From: Azolla caroliniana
Taxonomy: Eukaryota; Plantae; Polypodiophyta
Direction of reading: 5' to 3'
NCBI GenBank assembly: GCA_043228905.1
Contig: JBHGNT010001173.1
Location: 1-11,279, forward strand
Length of the DNA stretch: 11,279 nt
The notes below the pieces were generated by a model. The model did not search any database, was not told the DNA's origin, and saw nothing but the letters and a program-made list of their open reading frames with translations. This document shows, piece by piece, positions 1 through 8,058 of the stretch. The translations under genes and the position numbers were made by a program. Numbering within the stretch: position 1 is the stretch's first letter; each line of letters starts with the position of its first letter.

Positions 1-2
1 AC

Positions 3-1802
3 ATGGTTGAAAACCGGATGTTAACCGAGAACTGGATGACACTCGACGAACTGACCGGATTCGGAAAAGAAACTGAACCAACCGAAGAAGAAGAAGAAGA
101 CACCGGAACCAGACAAGATCCAGAATCGGATTCGGATGAAGAACAAATGGAGGAACCGGTAGTCAGAAACCAAGGACAAAGATACCCTCTCAAAGAGAGA
201 AGATCCCCCCAGAGATTTCTGGATGCAAAGCACGTATTGTTGACCAATGAGGGGGAGTTGGAAAGCTTCAAAGAACCAAAGAAAGACACCCACAACCGCA
301 CGTGGTTAAGTGCCATGCGGGACGAGATAGATTCCCTGCATGAGAACCACACATACGAACTGACGGAGTTGCCGAAAGGAAAGAGGGCATTCCGGAACAA
401 GCGGGTGTACAAGCTGAAACCAGGAGACACCAGAAATCCACCAAGGTACAAAGTCTGGATCATGGTGAAGGGTTTTCAGTAGAAGAAAGGTGTGGATTTC
501 GATGAGATCTTTGCCCCGGTAGTAAAGATGACATCCATCCGGACGGTATTGGGCATAGCAACAAGCATGAACCTCAAGGTAGAGCAATTGGACGTCAATA
601 CGACATTCCTACATGGCGACCTCAAAGAAGAGATCTACATGCATCAACCAAAGGATTTGAGAAGAAAGGGAAGGAGCACCTGGTGTGCCGGTTGAAGAAG
701 AGCTTATACGGATTGAAGCAAGCACCCCGCAAATGGTACCGGAAGTTTGACTCCTTCATGACCGATCAAGGGTACCACAAAACGCAAGTTGATCACTACA
801 TGTTTGTGAAGAAATTTGACGGAGGCGATTTCCTGATACTCCTTCTGTACGTGGATGACATGTTGATCATCGGACCGAACCAAACCAAAATCGGGATGCT
901 GAAGAAGGCCTTGAACCGGACCTTCTCCATGAAAGATTTGGGTCCGGCAAGACAAATCTTAGGGATGCACATCATTCGAGATTGGAAGAAGAAGCTATTG
1001 TGGTTGTCCCAAGAAAAGTACGTGACAAAGGTGCTTCAGCGGTTCAACATGTCGGATGCAAAATCGATCGGATCGACACTCTCAGCAAACTGCAAGCTAT
1101 CCGGAAAGCAAAGCCCTAAGACAAAGGCAGAGAAGACGGATATGATGAGGATACCATATGCCTCCACCGTCGGGAGCTTGATGTACGCAATGGTGTGTAC
1201 CTGGCCAGATATTGAGTATGCAATCAGAGTGGTGAGTCGGTTCATGAGCAATCCCAGAAAAGAGCATTGGAACATGGTCAAGTGGATACTCCGGTATTTG
1301 AAAGGCACCTCGAGTATGTGCCTCCGATTCGGTGCTGGTAAACCCCAACTAGACGGATTCACGGATTCAGATATGTCGGTTGATGTGGCTACTAGCCGGT
1401 CTACATCTAGATATGTTATGACTTATGCAGGGGGAGCTGTATCGTGGAAGTCGAGGCTACAGAAGTCCGTTGCACTATCAACAACGGAAGCGGAGTATAT
1501 GGCAGATGTGGAAGCCAACAAGGAAGTAATCTGGATGAAGGACTTCATCGGAGAGCTAGGTATCCGACAGGAGGAATACCAACTCTACTGCGACAGTCAA
1601 AGTGCCATCCACCTTGCGAAGAATGCACATCCAGAGGAGATATCACTAGCTCCGGGAGAAGGTAGAAGATCAAGACTTTGTGCTGACAAAGATCCACACG
1701 AAGGAGAACGGATCGGATATGTTGACCAAGGTGCTTTCAACCAACAAGCTAGATGCGTGCCGAAAACAGATCGGATTAACAAGAAATCCCATGCCAGAGT
1801 GA
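3..1802 (+). pseudogene. pol: Disrupted copia pol (IN-RT linker, reverse transcriptase, RNase H)
   Basis: TAG at 480-482 where Q is expected. 1-nt loss at ~651 (HQP[E]GFEKKGKEHLVCRLKK). Deletion/frameshift at ~1627, after which another frame reads HIQRRYH*LREKVEDQDFVLTKIHTKENGSDMLTKVL...NPMPE* and ends at TGA 1800-1802. Confidence 0.92.
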
Positions 1803-1810
1803 AGGCAGAG
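1797..1810 (+). other. Polypurine tract (degenerate) of copia element 1
   Basis: GAGTGAAGGCAGAG overlaps the pol stop and lies 2 nt before TGTTGGGA, the canonical PPT position. Confidence 0.75.
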
Positions 1811-1812
1811 TT

Positions 1813-2375
1813 TGTTGGGAATTCGGTCCCTCCTGATGGGATCCGGATGAGAATCGGAGGAGCCGAATAAAGGAACCGGATCCAGAAGGGTTCCGGATGA
1901 GACCCGAAAACCGGATTGAGTGAATCCGGATGGATCCGATGCAAACCGGATCCAAGAACATATGTGTAAATATGTTTCATGGTGAGCCCATCGAGGCTAT
2001 ATTTGTAAATAGCCCTAAAGTCATATAAGTATAAATATGACTTAGGGCAATCACTTTATGTGTGAGGTGGTTATTGTTAGATGTTGTGATTATTATTGTA
2101 TAGAGAGCGATAGAGAGAGAGAGAGAGTGAGACGCAGAGCGATACTCTATTGTAACCGCCGCTTGGCGAAGATAGAGAGCTTGAGGTCGTTGCCTCCGAG
2201 TCTTTGATTGTACCTTTCTCATATAGTGATAGTTTGGAGTCTACGGGCTCCCGTGGTTTTCCCTTATTTAGGGTTTTCCATGTAAACATCCTATGTCATC
2301 TCGGTTTTTTAGTATGTTTCTCTTCTATTCCTTGTTGAAGACTCGGTTGTGGCCAAGCGTTATTTCCTCTCAAAA
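1813..2375 (+). repeat. 3' LTR of copia element 1 (~563 bp)
   Basis: Starts TGTTGGGA right after the PPT and ends TCTCAAAA (decayed TCCCAACA inverted terminus) exactly where a different RT sequence resumes. Contains a TCCGGA/CCGGAT-rich U3 (1840-1955), TATAAAT (~2030), a (GA)n tract (~2112-2127) and a GTGGTTTTCCC...AGGGTTTTCCA segment (~2253-2280) of the kind seen in Tnt1-like LTRs. Confidence 0.8.
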
Positions 2376-3483
2376 ATCACTTGGCCAGATCTTAGTTATC
2401 CAGTTGGCATGATTAGTCAATTCATGTCGTAGCCGACGTCTGACCATCTTTAGTGCGCACATTGAATATTGTGATATGTGAACGGCACAAAGGATAGAGG
2501 GTTGTTGTATCTAGCAGGTGTAGCCGAAAAGCTAGTTGGCTACACAGATGTGGACTGGACCGGAAGTGCAAGTGATTGCCAATCGACATCGGGATATGCA
2601 TTCTCCTTAGGGAGTGCAATGGCACCTAGTGTAGCAAGAAGCAGCCTACAGTGGCACTGTCAAGCACTGAGGCCGAGTACAGAGGAACAACTATCACGAC
2701 CTGCGAAGCCATTTATTTGGCTTAAGCGGCTACTCAAGGATGTATGGGTAGAGGTGTCTGATCCGACGATGATCTATTGCAACAACCTCAATAGTATCCA
2801 ATTGACCAAGAACCCCGTCTTCCATGCTCGCACGAAGTGTATTACCACTTCATACGCGCGCGTGTTCTCTCCGGTGAAGTGGAACTTCTCTATGTTCCGA
2901 TTGATTGAAGGTGGCAGACATCTTCCCCAAATCTCTTAGTCTAAACAAGTTGCAACATTTTTCGGATATGCTAGGTGTGTAGCATCTCGACATGCCTCAC
3001 TTGAGGGGGAGAGAAGAATCGACTGAAGAAGCCAAATTTGATGAGAGAACGAGAGGAATAAAATTGGCTAAGTAAAGACCAGTCAAATCCAAGGGGAGCG
3101 AAACGAATAATGACTCAGAGCCAGCCGAAGGAAAGGGGAGAGCCGAAAAGACTTGGGCTGAGGCAAACGAATCAGAGACAGTTGATTCGGATAATGGAAG
3201 TGATTCGGACAAGTTGAATCATGTAGAGACCAAACGAACAAGGAGGCAGCAGGAGGCAACACCAATGCGGAGAAGCTGATGGGTCGAGGGGTGTCAATTC
3301 CGAAAGGGAAAGAAGAAGGCCAACAAGGGTCTTAGGAGAAGAAAAGTCAATCGAGCAAGTTGAGGAGCGCAAGACCGGACGGGTCGAGGAGTGCGAGCTA
3401 GGAGACAAGCCGGCTGGAGAAGTCGGGGCAAAGAATCAACATAACTGAAGGGACCTCAAGTTGAGCTTGAGGGGGAGTGTTGA
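2376..3483 (+). pseudogene. pol: Decayed pol remnant of copia element 2 (RT end, RNase H, charged tail ending LKGPQVELEGEC*)
   Basis: Motifs as above, with frameshifts near 2625, 2715, 2838 and 2908. After LRG the sequence stays purine-rich and E/K/R/S-coding, ending at TGA 3481-3483. The extent of the tail is inferred. Confidence 0.75.
3469..3477 (+). other. Polypurine tract of copia element 2
   Basis: GAGGGGGAG immediately followed by TGTTG. Confidence 0.8.
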
Positions 3484-3685
3484 GGGACAAGCTCAACATG
3501 GGCCAGATTGGCTGAAGAAGCCGACAAGCAGATCGGTTGGAGAAGCCGACAAGCCGTTAGAGGCCTACGTTCCTATTTTAGTAGTTCAATCCTATCCATG
3601 TCTTAATGTAGCTGCTCTTATTGTAGTTCAATATGTTCCATAATTTGGTTGTAGAAGCTAGTTGTGTTGAGGAAGATACACAACA
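3478..3685 (+). repeat. Putative short 3' LTR of copia element 2 (~208 bp)
   Basis: Begins TGTTG after the PPT. Candidate end CAACA at 3681-3685 gives the inverted terminus. Internal GAAGCCGACAAGC repeat x2. The right boundary is uncertain without the 5' LTR. Confidence 0.6.
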
Positions 3686-4181
3686 AGAATAAGGGATAAT
3701 GTTAATATTAACTTAACTTCAATTGTGGACATCATCCATTAATCTACATGTCCCCATACAACACACAATTTGATTAAGTAGATGTGGGATGGCTTTCGTT
3801 GAAGAATAATAGATATTAAGCACTTTGCAACTAAAGTAATGGAATCTACAGGGCGATCAGAAAATGCAATTACATCCTTGAAAGGCCCCATTCTATGATA
3901 TTGTTCAGCTATAGAAGTAGTAAGACAATACCTATGGAAAAGCTATCAACAGATAGGGATGCAACAAAACATGAGTGTAATGAATGAGAAGAAGTTGAGC
4001 ATCCATGAGGATGATCAATTGAGCTTAATGAAGAATCGTGTGCGTGCACTCCTCCGTTCTTAGCTCTTTCATATGAAGTACATACAAGACTTGATTAATG
4101 TAAGTGTTGATATTGAATTATAAATTAGAATGCTAGAAATTTGAGGTCTTAGAGCTGGAGAAGAATCCTGGTGGCACACAA

Positions 4182-4231
4182 ATTATAATAATACTAATAA
4201 CGTCTTCTAAGACCAAAATTGGCCCATGAGA
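4182..4231 (-). mobile_element. Tiny LINE 3'-end remnant (stem-loop plus (TAT)n-like tail) upstream of the DUF936 gene
   Basis: 4198-4231 matches 7817-7850 at 32/34 nt and resembles the 3' end of the LINE at 8059-8935. Flanked by ATTATAATAATACTAA. Confidence 0.65.
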
Positions 4232-4350
4232 TAGAATATGTATATGTATTGAGGTGGACATAAGAAGGAGGATACATATGTATATGTATGTATGTATGTT
4301 CAATTGAGGTGACCGGAGGAATCCGGTGATGTTCCTGGCGATCGCCGGTG

Positions 4351-4412
4351 GACGTGATAAATACGGGCGCAGGGCCCTTTCTCTTCGTTTTCTCTGTTCT
4401 TTCGGAGCTGCC
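4351..4412 (+). promoter_or_regulatory. Candidate core promoter/5' UTR of the DUF936 gene
   Basis: GACGTG ACGT-core (4351-4356), TATA-like ATAAATA (4357-4363), pyrimidine patch (4375-4403) and strong start context GCCATGGC. Confidence 0.35.
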
Positions 4413-5927
4413 ATGGCGACCTTGACTCCCGGCGTCCTGCTGCAACTCCTTCATCTTATGAATTCTTCTCTATCATCTCAGAACGCCCCTCCTTCCCTCC
4501 TTCAAGTTATCAGTATCGTCCCTGCCATCGCTGGAACAGACCTTTGGCCAAACCTTGGCTTCTACCTTCGCGTTTCTGATTCTTCACACGCTATCTATGC
4601 CTCTCTTGCTGAAGACCAAGACCAAGACCTCATCCTCAATGACAAGCTTCAGCTCGGACAGTTTATTTGTGTGGAACGTCTTGAAATGGGGTCTCCTCTT
4701 CCTGTTCTTCGTGGAGTGATTATTCTTCCAGGTAGGCATCCTTTTTTTGGTTCTCCGGAAGATCTTGTTACCTCTGCTATTCCTTCCTTGCAAGTTGAAC
4801 CTACTGTGGGGAAATCTCCTCCTTAGATCAGTTTTACACAGGATGTACATGGATATGAGGAAAAAGATGTGTTCATGGATTCTCCTGCAAATGGAAATGA
4901 AAAAATTGGTGGAAAGTTGAATGGAAGTGGAATGTTAAGCTCCAATGGCAATGAACGTAGTGGAGATAGTGGAAATGGATATGGAAACTTGAACGGAAGT
5001 GGATGTGGAACTAAAAGTGGAAAGTTTAATGGGAATGGAGATGGGAACGGAAATGGAAATGGAAATGGAAATGGAAGTGAAGACAGAAATTCTAATGGAA
5101 TTGGAAAAGTTGGAGAAAGGACGGGGAATGTAAATTCTCCCATATCACCAGTCACTGAATCTGATCTTAGATTATTGCAGAATGCATCTACTTCTGGACA
5201 GAGTATGCATTATGTCAGAGATTTGAGTGTAGCTCATGGAGTTATCTCCAACATAGAAAATGAAAAATCAGCAGCAGCTCTCACTAATATCACTGAGAAA
5301 TCACACAATTTCCCCTCAGAAAATCCTGAACTAAATGCACCTCGGAGAAGGAAATCTCAACCTACACCAGAAAAGGTGTTACAGGAGTCTAGACTTGGTA
5401 CTACTCTATCTTCTTACTCGTGCTCAAGTTCTCCTGGGGGTTCTATTATACTATCAAGTTCTACTGACAAAGAATCAGCAGTATTGAGGCAATCAGCTTC
5501 AGGAAAAGTTGGCATTCAACATAGGGCTACTCTATCAGCAGATGAGATTAAATCTCCGTTGAAGAGATCTACTTCAAAGTTTGAACATCATCTTCTTTCC
5601 AATCTGTCCTCTAATATGAAGCCTAAGAATAATGTGAGGGACTTGAATTCTAAATCTGGAGTTACAAGACAGAAGAGTAGCATGCAAGATGTTGTTAGAA
5701 CTTCTGAATTTTCAGTGGGTTCTATAGAGAAGGGAAGTATAGTAGGAAAAGGAGCTTGTGCACGAAATAACATAAATTTGGCTTCAAGTACCTCAAAAAT
5801 GGCTGGACTTCTTGCAATTAGTGCCAAGACATTGCGTAGAAGCTGGGAAGGGACAGGAATTAAGGAAGCGAGAGAGAAACTTAGTTTCTTTGGTGCAAAC
5901 ATGGATGCCATGATCAGTTCTCCAACA
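4413..5927 (+). CDS. DUF936/CORD exon 1 (DUF936 domain plus low-complexity linker); in-frame TAG at 4824-4826
   Basis: ORFs 4326-4826 and 4869-5945 are in the same frame, separated by a single TAG. Donor ACA|GTATGT at 5927/5928, phase 0. Confidence 0.88.
5028..5076 (+). repeat. Coding (GGAAAT)n hexamer repeat encoding [16 protein letters not shown]
   Basis: Perfect (GGAAAT)4 at 5049-5072 within a degenerate AATGGA-rich tract (~4890-5130). Confidence 0.9.
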
Positions 5928-6031
5928 GTATGTTTCCTTTTATAATTGTGCTATGCTTTTATATGCTTTAGGGAAATTTATTGAAATACCCCTAATTGTT
6001 TGTGAAATTCTTAAAGTGCTTCCTAGGGTTT

Positions 6032-6034
<3 letters not shown>

Positions 6035-6096
<62 letters not shown>
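6035..6096. repeat. (AG)31 microsatellite in intron 1
   Basis: Uninterrupted AG dinucleotide run. Confidence 0.98.
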
Positions 6097-6097
<1 letters not shown>

Positions 6098-6100
<3 letters not shown>

Positions 6101-6410
6101 TTTTGATGCCCTTGGGAGACCGATCACGATCTACAAGATAGGGTATAGCCCATGGCAAGGATCTAATGTGGGCTCTCACAAGTTTATGAATTTGGCGCTA
6201 CAATGTAAACCACCAAGCCAATAGTAATCAGGCTAAAGAAAGTTGTGACTCTTCTTTGTTGATGAGCTTGTGGTTGTATTGTTGTTCATCAACACCTTCT
6301 CCCCGTTTCTCTTGAGTTTTAGCATTGTTGGTCATATTCCTTAACCTTGTGTAGTGGGCCAAAACCTTGGTTAAAGAGGCAATGGTATCTCCTTGCCATT
6401 TCATAAAAAA
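6098..6410 (+). mobile_element. Possible 5'-truncated poly(A)-type non-LTR retroelement 3' end
   Basis: Starts at the AG tract. Short frame ending KPPSQ*, T-rich UTR-like part, terminal hairpin GGCAA...TTGCC (6378-6397) and A6 tail (6405-6410). No diagnostic protein motif. Confidence 0.35.
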
Positions 6411-6500
6411 CTATATAAAACAATGGGAAACATAGTGTTCTTTAGATTCCACTCCTTGATGATGTTATTGATAGATTCTTTCTTCCACGTACACACATAG

Positions 6501-7458
6501 AGACTAGATTAGATTAGATTGAATTTTTATTGTTCACAAGGTGGCCCAATTTTGAGTTATGGAACTGTATAAACATATATTGTATATGACTCATTCAAAT
6601 GGGGGCTACTACTCTATAGTAAGAACTCTTTATGTGAAAATAATGCAGGTACATATGTGCTCTCACCCTTCTTGGTGGAGATCTGTGTATGACGCTAAAA
6701 TTATCATGCTTGTCTAACAAGTCATCATACTTCTTGCTAATTAATTATATCTCAAGCATGCTAGAAATTAGTGATATTCATCCTCCCCTAGGTTTTCATT
6801 GCATATCGTTATACTCGAGTGATGAGTTGTGATATTGCCTAAACATGTAACTTGTATGAGTGAGTTCAAATAAGTGTAAGGGCTCCTCGATAGCCAAGGC
6901 TCATGGAGGTAGTAAGATACTTTTGGATATGTTTTACCATGCTTATTTTCTACAGTATTAGGCCAACATTGAGGGTTAACATTTGCAATGTAATATTACA
7001 AATTGGACATTTTAGCATCTTTCCATTTCATTCTTAATGCTTCTGGTAATCCATCCTTGATGATCATATTCTTCATAGCATTACTTGAGAGCTCCAATTG
7101 ATCTTCTATCCCCATCATTTAAATCATTCATGATGTCAAGCACCAAATCGGACGAGAGGATTTTACTCCTTATTAGTTTTTTGTACATTCAATCTTACGT
7201 TCCAATCATGTGTTGGCAATCTGGGAACCGGTATATTCTTGACTTTTCGTGATGTACTTGTATACTTACTCTCTGCACCTCAAATACCTCTATAGATTGT
7301 ACACCTATTTCTCATAGCATGTAAGGATAGGGTATTGAGGATTTAACTCCCAAATGTTTGTGTAAAAACAAATTTTGAATTTTCTCTATTTCATTCTATG
7401 CACCAAGTGAGATAATTTCACAACACATTTCCTCTCCATAGAGAAACTCACTTGGATG
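6501..7458 (-). mobile_element. 5'-truncated, decayed LINE (RTE-X-like) copy A: ORF C-terminus, zinc knuckle, 3' UTR, (AATCT)n tail
   Basis: Minus strand reads LYGEEMCCEIISLGA*NEIEKIQNLFLHKHLGVKSSIPYPYML*EIGVQSIEV (post-RT LYGxExW...W.EIEKIQ..FL...LGV motif) and RV-TICNENLGEDEYH*FLACLRYN (CCHC, ~6750-6820). Then AATAAA (6526-6531) and the AATCT repeat (6501-6520). Confidence 0.8.
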
Positions 7459-7506
7459 ACATTTCCTCTCCATAGAGAAACTCACTTGGATGACATTTCC
7501 TCTCCA
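7425..7506. repeat. 34-bp tandem repeat, 2.4 perfect copies, at the 5' truncation point of LINE A
   Basis: ACATTTCCTCTCCATAGAGAAACTCACTTGGATG at 7425-7458 and 7459-7492, partial at 7493-7506. Confidence 0.95.
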
Positions 7507-7791
7507 AGGTCAAATATAATTGGTGAGACCAAAAATATAAAATCTTCATGTAATACATGTGACAATAAGTCCATTCTCGAAGTTCCAGAACTTTACTAAT
7601 GAATGTTGTAACCAAGAGAGAGATAGATAGATAGATAGATAGATAGATTCTATTATTGTCTTCGAAGGTCACCAAGGTCAAATATAATTGGTGAGACCAA
7701 AAATATAAAATCTTCATGTAATACATGTAACAATAAGTCCATTCTCGATGTTCCAAAACTTTACTAATGAATGTTGTAACCAAGAGAGAGA
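7504..7791 (-). mobile_element. Two near-identical very short LINE 3' ends (B1 7504-7623, B2 7672-7791; period 168 bp) separated by an (AGAT)7 tail
   Basis: About 120-bp direct repeat with 3 mismatches. Minus strand encodes TTFISKVLEHRE, homologous to ATFIGKVLEHRE at the end of LINE D. Confidence 0.85.
7621..7648. repeat. (AGAT)7 microsatellite (tail of LINE copy B2)
   Basis: Direct read; abuts the TCTATTATTGTCTTCGAAGG terminus. Confidence 0.92.
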
Positions 7792-7851
7792 GAGAAAGAA
7801 AGAAAGAAAGATATATTAACGTCTTCTAAGGCCAAATTTGGCCCATGAGAC
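7783..7851 (-). mobile_element. LINE 3' end copy C with compound (AG)6(AAAG)4 tail; body may extend toward ~8050
   Basis: TATTAACGTCTTCTAAGGCCAAATTTGGCCCATGAGAC aligns with the LINE D terminus TATTATTGTCTTCGAAGGTCAAATATGACCTATGAGAC. Perfect palindrome GGCCAAATTTGGCC at 7830-7843. Confidence 0.65.
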
Positions 7852-8058
7852 AATTGGTTTACAACAAAAGAGTATTTATCCAGTCATCATAACTAAAATA
7901 AAATTAAGTAAAAATAGAACTTAAACTAAAAGAGTTCTAGTAGTGTACAATATGTAGTATACTCGAAAGTGACTATACACTAAGCCTAATTTTATTTCCA
8001 CCCAAGCCTCTTGAAAAGAAGTGGGGGATCAAAGGGTCTTGATGTGGGTTCCAATGTA

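Larger units (their letters stand above)
1..2375 (+). mobile_element. Ty1/copia LTR retrotransposon, 3' half (Tnt1/Tork-like), non-functional; 5' part lies outside the window
   Basis: Copia RT motifs VKGFQ*KKGVDFDEIFAPVVKMTSIR, QLDVNTTFLHGDL, LKKSLYGLKQAPR and YVDD (848-859). RNase H motifs GFTDSD, ALSTTEAEY, YCDSQSAIHLAKN. Followed by a purine tract and a TGTTG-starting LTR. Lineage call rests on remembered motif similarity. Confidence 0.93.
2376..3685 (+). mobile_element. Second, older Ty1/copia element (host of element 1): end of RT, RNase H, C-terminal extension, PPT, 3' LTR
   Basis: From 2376 reads ITWPDLSYPVGMISQFMS*PTSDHL*CAH*IL*YVNGT, then GYTDVDWTG, SKKQPTVALSSTEAEYR, IYCNNLNSIQLTKNPVFHARTK, VADIFPKSL and LRG (3001-3009). 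Many stops and frameshifts. The RNase H signature differs from element 1. Confidence 0.88.

Noticed and set aside
1627-1870. C-terminal part of ORF 683-1870 (HPEEISLAPG...IGGAE) as real protein
   Set aside because: Out-of-frame read-through after a deletion; the true RNase H end is in another frame and the ORF runs into the LTR.
3686-4180. Possible decayed coding or TE sequence between the LTR and the promoter
   Set aside because: No recognisable motif, ORF or termini.
4329-4412. Upstream in-frame ATG giving a 28-aa N-terminal extension
   Set aside because: Family proteins begin at MA(S/T)LTPG, ATG 4413 has the better context, and 4329 lies upstream of the TATA-like box.
4732-4841. Intron removing the TAG at 4824 (donor CAG|GTAGGC)
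   Set aside because: It would delete the conserved GRHP..GSPEDL motif, and closer donors give implausibly short introns. U-to-C editing rescue is organellar, not nuclear.
4823-5155. Minus-strand FP-repeat ORF and the other short antisense ORFs
   Set aside because: Shadows of the GN repeat, copia pol or CORD exons.
5968-6031. Mutator-like TIR fragment or telo-box (TTAGGG...CCCTAA, TAGGGTTT)
   Set aside because: No partner TIR or TSD in the window; too short to support.
5940-6224. ER-repeat and SL-repeat ORFs
   Set aside because: Translations of the (AG)31 microsatellite.
7425-7791. CRISPR-like array
   Set aside because: Eukaryotic intron; the units are contiguous duplications of LINE sequence with no unique spacers.
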